Source: Felis catus | Taxonomy: Eukaryota | Direction: 5' to 3' | NCBI RefSeq assembly: GCF_018350175.1 | Contig: NC_058368.1 | Span: forward strand, 116,004,001 to 116,068,000 | DNA: 64,000 bases | Program-made: the position numbers and the translations under genes | Notes under the pieces: generated by a model | The model's database searches: none | What the model was told of the DNA's origin: nothing | What the model saw: the letters and a program-made list of their open reading frames with translations, nothing else | In this document: positions 12,686 through 22,500 of the stretch, piece after piece | Layout of the letters: each line of letters starts with the position of its first letter | Numbering within the stretch: the stretch's first letter is position 1

Positions 12686-13102
12686 AGCTGACGTTTACCC
12701 TGCATGTAAAGAAACAGAGTGGTATGGTCCTGTCTTCAAATAAGGAATGAGACAAAGAGTTCTGCAAAATAGACCTCCTCTCAAAGATACTGGTAGATTT
12801 TAAAGAGAATAATCAGCCTAGCTGGAGCCAAGAGATTATGAGTGAAATTAAATCTAGGTAAATTAAATGGAAATCTTCTTTCTAACATATGAATGGATTG
12901 TGTGGCAAAATGAACCTCTTGCCTCTCAGTCTGAAAATTGTGATGATCCAGGATGGGATCTCAGCATTACCAGGTGAACTTAAAATTTCCAGAGATAAAA
13001 GGAACAAGAGAGCTTTCAGGAAAATGGGAGGTTCAGAATAGAACAGCCAGGATAAAATAAGCAAAAAATACAAAGGCTAAATGGATTTATTTATTCAACA
13101 AA

Positions 13103-13420
13103 TTTTCTTTTTTTTTCTTTTTAAGGTTATTTATTTATTTAGTTTTTTAATATAATTTATTGTCAAATTGGTTTACATAAAACACCCAGTGCTCATCCCA
13201 ACAAGCGCATCCTCAATGCCCATCACTCATTTGAGAGAGACAGAGACAGTGTGGATTGGGGAGAGACAGAGGGGGGCGGGGCGGGAGAGAATCCCAAGCA
13301 GGCTCTGCACAGTCAGCACAGAGCCTGATGCGGGACTCGAACTCAAAAAACTGTGAGATCATGACCTGAGCCGAAACCAAGAGTTGGAGGCTTAACCGAC
13401 TCAGCCCCCCAGGAACCCCC
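13103..13420 (-). mobile_element. CAN-SINE carrying a ~90-bp felid L1 3'-end fragment (~13141-13229) in its tail
   Basis: taatataatttattgtcaaattggttt...cccagtgctcatcccaacaag sits between the SINE tail and body; outer TSD aaattttcttt. Confidence 0.8.
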
Positions 13421-13732
13421 CAATAAAATTTTCTTTAGCATAAACTGCACAGCAGGGAGAGGGAAGGGACTGGAGTAATAGAGTAATTAAGACCCACTCC
13501 CTGCTCTCAAGGAACTCATACTACAGTAACGAGGAAAAACCTTCCAATGTGCAAATGGAAGACATATCAAGAGAAATCATAATAGGGAGTTCAGATAGAG
13601 AAAGCGAGTATAATGGTTCAGAACCAAGAAAAGGGAAGAATACTTGAAAGTTTTGGAGAACAATGTAACCGATGAATCTAGTAGTAAGAGGACAGTTTTA
13701 ATTTTAAGGCCAAGGCCTATGAGCCTGAAATC

Positions 13733-13734
<2 letters not shown>

Positions 13735-13775
<41 letters not shown>

Positions 13776-13792
13776 AGAGACAGAGAGAGAGA
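13735..13792 (+). repeat. (GA)n microsatellite
   Basis: Direct reading. Confidence 0.95.
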
Positions 13793-13874
13793 CTGAGAAC
13801 TTGGCTTGTGTCTTAAGAGAGAGCAGGAAAAGTTAGTGCCAAGGGGCAGGGCAGGGGGAGGGGTAGAGTTCACA

Positions 13875-14078
13875 GTTACGGAGCATTTACCATGTGCCAG
13901 ATCCTCCTCTAGATGCTTTTTACAAATTAACCAATTTAATCCTCATAATATATCTATGTGGCTGTTGGTATTATCCTTGCTTAAGTAATTTGCCCAAAAT
14001 CACAGTTAGGAATTTGAAAGCAGAATTTTGAATCTGAAAGATTAGATTACCCAGACCATGTTCTTAACTGCCGCACTG
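13875..14078 (-). mobile_element. MIR SINE
   Basis: gagcatttaccatgtgccag...tttaatcctcataa...aagtaatttgcccaaaatcacag. Confidence 0.7.
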
Positions 14079-14617
14079 AATAGAGGAGGGATCTTCTAAC
14101 TAAAAGTAAGAAAAAACAGAAGAGCCAAAACAGTTATTCATCACATGAATTTATTAAAGTTTGTTTATATACAGTTGAGGTAAGCTATAAGATTATAAAA
14201 TGAAATTTTTACCCCCAAGACATTGTTACAATTTGGTAAATATTAATGGTTTGCCTCAAAGGTTTTGTATTGATTAGATACTATGAATGTAGAATAATGC
14301 AGAGGAACTAGCTGTGTCTCTGGAACACGGTCTTAGGAGAAAATGTTATCTTCTTGAGGTCTCAGGAGATAGAGGCATAAAGGTAGGCAAGGTAATCCTT
14401 GGCAAAGCCCTCAATTTTTCATATAATAAACTAATGTTCTTTATAACCAAGCTCATTGCAAATATGTATTTATTCAGTCTCTTTTTTCCTTCTCAGCAAT
14501 TTAAGAACTGACTTGTTGGCTTGTTTCATTCAACAGTATGCTAATGAGATAAAATTGATGGGTTTAATTCCTTTATAGCTCCTTTAGCCATGAACGGCAC
14601 CCTTAAACTTAGCATAC

Positions 14618-15116
14618 ATGAGCTGTTGAGTGACTCCTGAGACATTATGTTTGGCTCAGAACAAGTCTATCAACATTACACAAAAGATAATGCTTCACTG
14701 AGTGTCTCACAATAGATTTCTAGGACAATCAAGAATAGATACTTGGGAAGAAAGTTCGATATAATATACTTACTCAAACTGCCCCTACCTGTGTTATACA
14801 GTTGTAATAGTCTTTGCCCAACTTCATGAAACACACTCAATCTTGCTTTTAGATAGCAATCAATCAATGAATCAATACAAAAATGACCTCAGTTTCTAAT
14901 TGCTTATGGAGAATTTTTACCTGAGGACAAAATAATAAAAACAAAATCAGTTCCAACTCAAAAAAATGAGACTTTAATATGTTAGGAATAAAGTTATCTG
15001 AAGCAAGTTATGTAATTCATTGAGTTATAGAAACCTACAAATCAGCGACAGAGCTTTATTTAGCAGATGGTACTTCTCAGTAAACGAGATGCAAATTTTT
15101 AAATGTGATCTGACAT
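14618..15116 (-). pseudogene. Three clustered pseudo-exons (15116-14998, 14920-14789, 14719-14618) separated by 77- and 69-nt introns
   Basis: Acceptors gccttgtcag|, tttttattattttgtcctcag| and ttcttgattgtcctag|. Donors CAG|ATAACT (apparent GT>AT loss), CAG|GTAGGG and CAT|GTATGC. The spliced translation needs one stop and one frameshift up to ...TLSEALSF; the rest of the third exon is more degraded. Confidence 0.6.
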
Positions 15117-15304
15117 CTGACAAGGCCACAATAATAAGGGAAGTGCTTCATAATTATGCAAGGATATTCAGTGAAGAAAAGGATGGTGAAAGATAAGGTT
15201 AACATGAAAACCTATCAGACTGAGAATGAGGATAAGTAAATCTGCAATCTCAAATGAGAATAGAAATGGCTGAAATTAAATCAGAAGCAAATAAAATAAA
15301 ACGA

Positions 15305-15548
15305 GGGGCGCCTGGATGGCTCATATGGAGTCAGCTAGGCATCCGACTTTGGCTCAGGTGGTTCAGGTCATGATCTCACCGTGAGTTCCAGCCCTGCATC
15401 AGGTTCTGTGCTGAGAGCTCAGAACCTGGAACCTGCTTTGGATTCTGTTTCCCTCTCCCTCTCTGTCCCTCCCCCACTCACTCTCTGTCTGTCTCTCTCT
15501 CTCAAAAATGAATAAACATTAAAAAAATTAGTAATAAAAATAAATAAA
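15305..15548 (+). mobile_element. CAN-SINE
   Basis: ggggcgcctggatggctca head, CT-rich body, A tail. Confidence 0.9.
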
Positions 15549-15739
15549 ATGAAAAAAATTGTTGAAGGATGTTAGTAAAGAGAGTGTCAAGTTTTGGTGT
15601 CTGACATTTCAGAGTATAAGTGAAAACTCATGGTCTTGGAAAGGGCTGATATTTAAAACTTCTCCAAAGCAGAGGAGAGGGAGAAAGGGATAAGGAGATG
15701 GAGAATTAGTGTACTGACAAAGAATGCAAGCTAGGAAGA

Positions 15740-15940
15740 AAAATTGTCTAGGTTCAATTCTTAGCTCTGTCACTTAGTAGCTGTGTAATTTTGCAGTTTC
15801 CTTAATCTGTCTGACCTCAGTTTTCTCATTTGTAAAATGAGGAAAATAAACTTATAAGGCCATTGTGAGGATTTTCTGAGCTGATATACAGAGCATTTAC
15901 ATAGTTTTAGATACATAATAAGAGCACTACATAAATGTTA
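15740..15940 (+). mobile_element. MIR SINE
   Basis: gctctgtcacttagtagctgtgt...cctcagttttctcatttgtaaaatgagg core. Confidence 0.8.
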
Positions 15941-16015
15941 TACTTTGAATAAAAGATACCTAAAGATTAACATCAATAGCAATATTTAATCAGAGAATCG
16001 AGAAGAAATCTGGAA

Positions 16016-16319
16016 CAGCTATGCAATCCTTTATCCAAAATCCTTGGGACCAAATATGATCCTGAATCAATTTTTTTAAAATATTTTAGGAATATAACAT
16101 GTTATGCTATCTATATTTTACTTAACCAGTGTTGTCCTGGGCAGCAGTCTCCAATCAAACACATATTTCCATAATGAAATGCATCAATAGTCACACCAAA
16201 TGGAATAATGAAGACTTTAAATAGAGTTATGTCTGTTCAGATCAGTTTTTACACCAAAAAATTAAGAAAAAAAGTGTTTTGGATTTTGGATTTGCAGATA
16301 AGGAATTGTGAAGCTTTGT
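16016..16319 (-). mobile_element. MER46C-like Tigger-family MITE
   Basis: Inverted ends caatcctttatccaaaatcc / ggatttgcagataaggaattgtg; internal sequence matches MER46C as recalled. Confidence 0.65.
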
Positions 16320-16559
16320 CTACCATAAATCTTATTGTATTAAATAATGGAATAATAAGCATGGGAAATACAGAGCAATAATGATATGAAATGAAAAACT
16401 TTACTGAAAACCTAATGTGTACCCAGAAAATCTAATGACTTTTCTCTCTTAAGGAAAAAAAAAAAACAACAGATGTGTACATAGTTACCACATGGGATGT
16501 TACCTGGATTATAGCTGGGTGACTTTATGCGGCATAAATTTTTCATGATGCCCAGAACA

Positions 16560-17100
16560 TCTCCCCAGATGTTCGCATGAATGACTATTTCAGGTCTCTG
16601 CTCAAATGTTACTTCCTCAGAGAGGATTCCTTCATCACTCCATTTAAAATATCACATGGGAGGCATGTGCACACACAATCACACAGTGAACTCTTGCCCC
16701 TTTACTGCTTTCTTTTTCTTTTAAGCACTTACCACTATCCAACATTATCTTTTTTTTTAATTTCTTTAACATTTATTCAGTTTTGAAAGACACAGAGCAT
16801 GAGCAGGGGGAGGGGGCAGAGAGAGAGGGGAAACACAGAATCTGAAGCAGACTCCAGGCTCTGAGCTGTTGGCACAGAGCCCGAGGCGGGGCTTGAACCT
16901 GCAAACCGTGAGATCATGACCTGAGCCGAAGTCGGCCCCTCAACCGACTGAGCCACCCAGGTGCCCCCAACATTATCTTATATATTTGTTTATTATCTGT
17001 CTTACTAGACTGGAAACTCTATGGAAACAGAAACTTGGTCTGTTCAGCACCTGGAACAATGTCTGGTGAATAGGCAATTGATGGATACTGTTCAATAAAT
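16560..17100 (+). mobile_element. L2 3' fragment with an inserted reverse CAN-SINE (~16752-16967)
   Basis: ttcaggtctctgctcaaatgttacttcctcagagagg L2 motif; SINE TSD caacattatctt. Confidence 0.8.
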
Positions 17101-17542
17101 GATTTAAGAAAATGAGGCTGATAAACAGTGATGGGTTCCAAGAACTAGTCCTGATATAGCAGGTAATACTTTCCAAAAGGAAATTCAAAGCAAAAAAAAA
17201 AAATTAAATGCCACCTAAACATCAGCTGTAATATGTTTATGTAATATATATATTAATGGAATTCCAGAATAGTAATTTAAAAACATTTCTTCCCTATACA
17301 CATACTTATCAAGCAAATATTTATGTGCTAAGAGGTAAAAACTAATTATTACACTTACATTTACATTTCATAATTAATTTTGAGTATTTAGGTAGACAAG
17401 AAGAAAAGGTATACTTAAAGTTAAAAAAGACTAAATATTAAAGAATTACAAAACAAAGATACAAAATATTAAAGAAAGAACTTACTTAGGGTTTTTCCCA
17501 TGGAAGATTCTCTTGATTTTTCCCCTGACATATTTGACTCAC

Positions 17543-17876
17543 CACTGAGAGAAACAAACTGATCTTCATCTAATTGGAAAGTGCTACTACATTCGGTTAT
17601 AAAAATGGTCTAAATTAGCTTCAGAGGGCAGTGTAATCTGGTTGTATGTACACACCCACTTATGTATGCATGTATTTAATCTTGCTCCAGGTAGTAAAAC
17701 TGCAATACATTTATATTTTAAAGTAAGCCAACAAGGGAATTTTGGGGTCACCATAAAACGTGCAACAAAGTTCAATAGTACTTTCAGTGCAGATAGATCC
17801 ACTGTTTGGAAAGGCCCAGCTTTGCTCTTCATTGTCTCTTCATCTCATCCATATGTCAGCTGTGACTTGGGAATTA
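17543..17876 (-). pseudogene. Pseudo-exon (334 nt) of the minus-strand fossil gene
   Basis: Long pyrimidine tract + AG; donor GTG|GTGAGT. The 3' end reads TIFITECSSTFQLDEDQFVSLS in phase 1. Confidence 0.55.
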
Positions 17877-18071
17877 CTTTTTAAAAGAAGGAAGGGAAAG
17901 GGAAAAGTACAGATTGGAATTTAGGCCAAACAGTGGCAAAAGTATCAAAACTAACTACCATTTTCAAGTTACCATACTGTATATTACAAACTGACATTCC
18001 ATTGATCGTGGTTAAAATACCATCATTTCAACATGTGTGACTTTTGCACTTTTTTCTTTCCATTATTCTTA

Positions 18072-18275
18072 AAAAAATTTTTTTTAATGTTTTTATTTTA
18101 TTTTTAAGAGACAGAGACAGAGCACGAGTTGGGGAGGGGCAGAGAGAGAGGGAGACACAGAATCTGTCTGAAGCAGGCTCCAGGCTCTGAGCTGTCAGCA
18201 CAACTTGAACCCACGTCCAGAGCCAAAGTTGGACCAAGTCGTATGCCTTACAGACTGAGCCACCCAGGTGCCTCA
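18072..18275 (-). mobile_element. CAN-SINE
   Basis: Reverse SINE, TSD tttccattattcttaaa. Confidence 0.9.
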
Positions 18276-18363
18276 TTCTTTCCATTATTCTTAAACTGAG
18301 AAGAAAGAAACAAAAACAAAAGAATATTCCAACAGCAGTTTAATGGCTTTCAAACTCTGTTAC

Positions 18364-18454
18364 CTCAGATTATGCAAGGATTTTTCCATTAGAATTACTT
18401 GAAAAAATAATGGAAATTGAGAATGTGTATGTTTCCCACAGGAAGAGGGGCTCC
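18364..18454 (-). pseudogene. Pseudo-exon (91 nt) of the minus-strand fossil gene
   Basis: ctaatctgtcttatttcag| acceptor with branch-like ctaat, GAG|GTAACA donor. One frame is fully open (SPSSCGKHTHSQFPLFFQVILMEKSLHNL). Confidence 0.55.
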
Positions 18455-18711
18455 CTGAAATAAGACAGATTAGCACACATATCTTGGCCAAGTGTTGTGA
18501 ATCAATGACTCCAGGATAGGAAGAAGGAGGTAAAAAAGATGAAACCAGACAACCAATACCAAAAAAGATCAGAGGCTCATCGACAGTGAGATCAAGTTTA
18601 CATAATTACTGGCCTCTTTGCTCTCAAGTGGTATTTGATGGTATCGTGGCTAGGAGGATGAGGAGTGATTTGCCACAGCTCTAGACCCTCAACCGAGAGG
18701 ATTCTGCTTAC

Positions 18712-19134
18712 CTGCTTTTGAGAATGGTTCAATACCATGTTAGCATTAAAGGAGTAAACTAAACGGTCCACTTCAATAAATCTTACATCAACAAAGAAAA
18801 AGCTGTCCTTGTTTAAGTGAAAATTCCAGATCATCAACATAATCTGTTTCAGGGCATATATGAACTATACAAGTCTCATGCTTCTGACTCTTGTCTTCAA
18901 GTCCCTAAACTGGAATAAAACCAGATAAATGCCTGAGGAACCACTTCGCACCCCAAACACGTGCAAACTTTGTTCAACAGAACACTTTACTGCCAAAATG
19001 GAGTTGGCAGAAGTTTGGAGCAAAGGCCCCCAGGCTGCATGATTTGCTGGCACCAGAGAGCTTAAAAATCTTAACATAATACTGCTGAGTTTGAGCCCTA
19101 CCAACTTGCTTGAGACTCCTTCTCTAAGTTTGAT
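18712..19134 (-). pseudogene. Pseudo-exon (423 nt) of the minus-strand fossil gene
   Basis: Acceptor cttccatctttctcag|, donor CAG|GTAAGC. 141 codons with one TAG; joins ORFs 18865..19104 and 18598..18840, which are in the same frame. Confidence 0.6.
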
Positions 19135-19714
19135 CTGAGAAAGATGGAAGCTGCCATCAAGAAAGACTTTATTAACACTTCATCCTCTACCCAGAAATAA
19201 TTTGATTTCCCACTCCTGATGAACATACAGATATATTCTTGGGTAGTTTTGTTTACTTATAAATTTACAACTTATATTGTAAATCTAACATAGTCTATTC
19301 TGAAATACATGTAAATTCAATTTTGTTTGGTGGCTTGGATAAAGGCATACAGGGAAACCTACTGCAAAAAGATTGATTATGATGACGTTCTACTTAGAAA
19401 ATACTGATCTAAATAGCTCCCATACATGATTCAATCACAACTGACTACCCTCAAACACTGTGGCAGAAATTCAGATGTAGAATATCTGTAAGTTGCTATC
19501 AATTTATATATAGTTTAGTTTGTATTATCACTTCTCTGAGTTTGAGTAATGGTGGTTTAGTTTGTATATGAACAATTTAGGAAGCGAGGAAAGGGGCCAG
19601 GAAGAATTCTTCTCTTTCACAAGGGTCAACAGTAAGGTGCTATTTGGGATCCTCTTAAGCTTGATGCAGTCTAATGAAGAATTATAAAATTATTACAATT
19701 ATAAAATTGTAGTT

Positions 19715-19820
19715 AGGGGTGCCTGGCTGGCTCGGTTGGTAGATCATGCAACTCTAGATTTTGGGGTCATGAGTTCAAGCCCTACCTTGGCAGGAGAGCT
19801 TACATAAAAAATAAATAAAA
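19715..19820 (+). mobile_element. Short old CAN-SINE
   Basis: ggggtgcctggctggctcggttggtaga head; TSD taaaatt(g/a)tagtta. Confidence 0.85.
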
Positions 19821-21539
19821 TTATAGTTAGAATAATGGCAACTATACAAACAGTAACTTTAAACTTGTAAATTTTTAATATGCAGTATTGAGAAACTATG
19901 GTTTGTTTTGGAAGGTTATTTTGTGCTGGTTCAATAGGAGATCAGGTTTAGAATAAAGATGCTACTTGCGCCTCATATACCTAAAAAAAAAAAGAAGAAG
20001 AAAAAGAAAAAGCTCTTTAAAAACTTTCAAATCTTTTCCTTCAGTAACTCCATGTATTAATTTCTCTGAAAGCCTTTCTGTTTTTCGTCCTCTGGAACCT
20101 CCTAAATATTCTAATTCTCAGATATGATTTCATATTTCTAATCTCCACAATAGAGTTGGATGCATTTAGGACAAAACACTCTTTAGGATATCCGGTTGCA
20201 GAAGACTGTAGTTTTAAAGATATTTATATAGTAGTGCTGCCACCTAAAGATGAGGTGAATAAAGAAGCAATTCAAAAGAAATGACCCATCATTCTTATAC
20301 CTGTCTCAAAAGTTTTTTCACCTCTAACTAGGGATTAATAAACACTTTGTTGTTAGTATAGAATCTGAATTGTTTCACAATAACTTATTGCACAGCTGCG
20401 ATTTTCTGTGGCAGGGAATTCCAACCTCAAACCTTTTAGAGTCCTCTGTGATTTGGCGTCTCCAGGAATACCTCCAAAATTTCTCTCAGACATTAGCACT
20501 GACTACAATACATGGGGACGGGCAACAGGGGCATCCAAAGATACCCACAAGTAAACAATTGAGGGATTTCTGGTTTAGTGGATAAAGTAGGTGACACTAG
20601 ATCCCTTTATGGGTCACAGACTCCCTGCAACTCTGAACTGACGTTTTTCTAACTCAATTTTCTCATCTATAAAATGGGGTTAATTTCATCTCACTCTTAC
20701 TTGCCTCAAAGGTTTAACTCGATAAGCTTCCTAAAAAAAAGTCCAGTCCTATAAGTGAGTTTAAAAGTTTAATATTGCCTAATAAAAGGGTATTTTACCG
20801 TGTATTGCAAGGTAACTTCAAAATAAAATATGCTCAGCTAAATAAGTTAGGACGGTGGCTAAATTTTTAACTACAGAATGACTTCTCTGACATCTATTTA
20901 AATCATGATAAAGATGGTTAAGGTAGCTTTCTATTTTGCAGCTGATAACTTTTAATTGACCCATCTTCCATGACGCAGTGTTGCAGGACAGAGATGTGAC
21001 AGCATACAAAGTATGGAAGAAAGTTACCGTGCACCAAACATCTTGTCAAACTTGGTAAGATTTCAAGAAAACTCTTAAAGGACACTTTATAATTCTGCAT
21101 TTCGCCCCTGCGTAGTAATTTATGAAAATTAACTCGTCTCTTCCATTTTCTCCCTCTCAGCCCAAGGACGCATAAATAATATTTATCAGGGTTTTGTCCT
21201 TAGTCACAGTCCCTCAAAGGGGCCCAGTTTCACCTACACTGCGTGGGAGGCTGGGCAGCAACCCCACGCTTCCTGTCAAGGATTCCTGGGGCTTAAGCCT
21301 GAACGTGGCCTCGCCTCTTTCTTCTTTATGCTAATTCTGCCCTTCTAGCCCTCTCGGCAGGCGTCTGAAGACCAAGGTGAGACCCTCCCGGGAGATAAAA
21401 GGTCTATTGCCTCCTGAGAGATGCGGGCGGAACAAGGGCATAGGGAGAGGGTGACAGGGTGGGAGCAGCACGGATAACGACGCTTAGGGCCCTAGGTTGG
21501 AGCTGGTGCAGGCCCTACAGGGCTCTAGACCCGCCAGAG

Positions 21540-22500
21540 CCTAGCTCCAGCCTTCAAAGCCCAACGCGGGTTAAGTCCTCCTAGGGGCGCCACGGGCGGC
21601 GAGTGGAGGAAGTGCGCGCAAAGAGGCCACAGGCAGCCCCTTCCTCAGACGCGCCTCAAGGCCTGGGCCCGCGGGCTGTTGACGCGCCAACGGCGCAGAA
21701 GGCGCGCGCACGCGCAAGAGGAGGGCGGAGGGAGCGCGCTCGGCGCCCGCCGCCGCGGCGACTGAAACGGAGGGACGCGAGGGCGGAGGGCGCGAGCCAC
21801 GGGGGGAGGATGGGGGAGAGATGGTGGGTAGCGCGGAGCGCGCGCTGACGTCGCTCGGAGTCACGCACGGAGCGCCGGGTTACGCGCCGACGTCTGGCTG
21901 CCACGACTTGCCGTCTGCGGCGGCGGCGAGCGGATCCCGCAGGGGAAGGAGGAGGAGGAGGGAGAGCCAAGGGGGCTGTGAGTGAGCGGGAGAAGCAGGG
22001 TGTGAGCCGGACTTGCCCGCGGGAGGGAGAACGAGCGAGAGCCGGGCCAGCCATCCGAGCCGCCTCCTCCTCCTCCCCTCGGCGTCCCGCCCCCGCCTGC
22101 CAGCCCGCCCTCCTTCCTCTTCAGCCGGCTGAGCCCGAGTGAGGCGCCGCTCAGCTCGCGCTGCTGTCCAGGACAGGTGTGCGCGCGCGCGCCCTCCTCC
22201 CCCTCCTCCCCTCCCCCTTTCCTCGCGCCAGCCTAGCGCCTGCCTCGCGCGCGCCCTCCCTCCCTCCAGCCCGCGCCCTCCCTCACCTGCGGCAGGACAG
22301 CGCCCGCCCGCCAGGGTAAGCCCCTCGCGACCTTCCCTGCTGCCACTGCCACAACTCGAGGTGCCGCCCACCCTGTCCCCTCTAATTGCCCTCTTTGCCC
22401 CAGGAATAATTACTGTACCATTGTAGACATCTTCGCACCCTCCCTCCGGGGACTCAGGCAGTGCAGCAACGCCCCCCCCTCCCGTAGCGCACGAACGAAC
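21540..22500. promoter_or_regulatory. CpG island; distal PURA promoter and non-coding first exon, probably bidirectional
   Basis: Very high GC/CpG. NRF1-type CGCGCACGCGCA 21705-21716, E2F-like GCGCCAA ~21684-21690, CRE-like TGACGTCG 21846-21853. Plus-strand donor AGG|GTAAGC with exon end at 22315. Confidence 0.85.

Larger units (their letters stand above)
1341..21100 (-). pseudogene. Putative unitary pseudogene: decayed multi-exon gene for a multi-RGS-domain (RGS22/RGSL1-like) protein, divergent from PURA
   Basis: Minus-strand exon candidates: ~21100-20799, 20502-20301, 19980-?, 19134-18712, 18454-18364, 17876-17543, 15116-14998, 14920-14789, 14719-14618, 13046-12699, 11574-?, 10543-10494, 10214-10140, 7005-5946, 3494-~2500, 1415-1341. 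Most have polypyrimidine-AG and/or GT(A/G) ends, and several junctions are phase-compatible. Translations are helical-protein-like with scattered stops and frameshifts. Family assignment is by-eye inference. Confidence 0.65.

Noticed and set aside
17700..17830. WAFPNSGSICTESTIELCCTF resembling an ASH/MSP domain, and COR-like echoes at ~6100-6190
   Set aside because: Isolated, loose resemblances; the RGS-like pattern recurs more consistently. Not supportable without a profile search.
19715..19800. tRNA-like sequence with A and B boxes
   Set aside because: tRNA-Lys-derived SINE head with A tail and TSD, not a tRNA gene.
20942..21054. Plus-strand exon-like block (ttttgcag| ... TTG|GTAAGA)
   Set aside because: All three frames are stopped, it lies upstream of the plus-strand promoter, and no partner exon was found.
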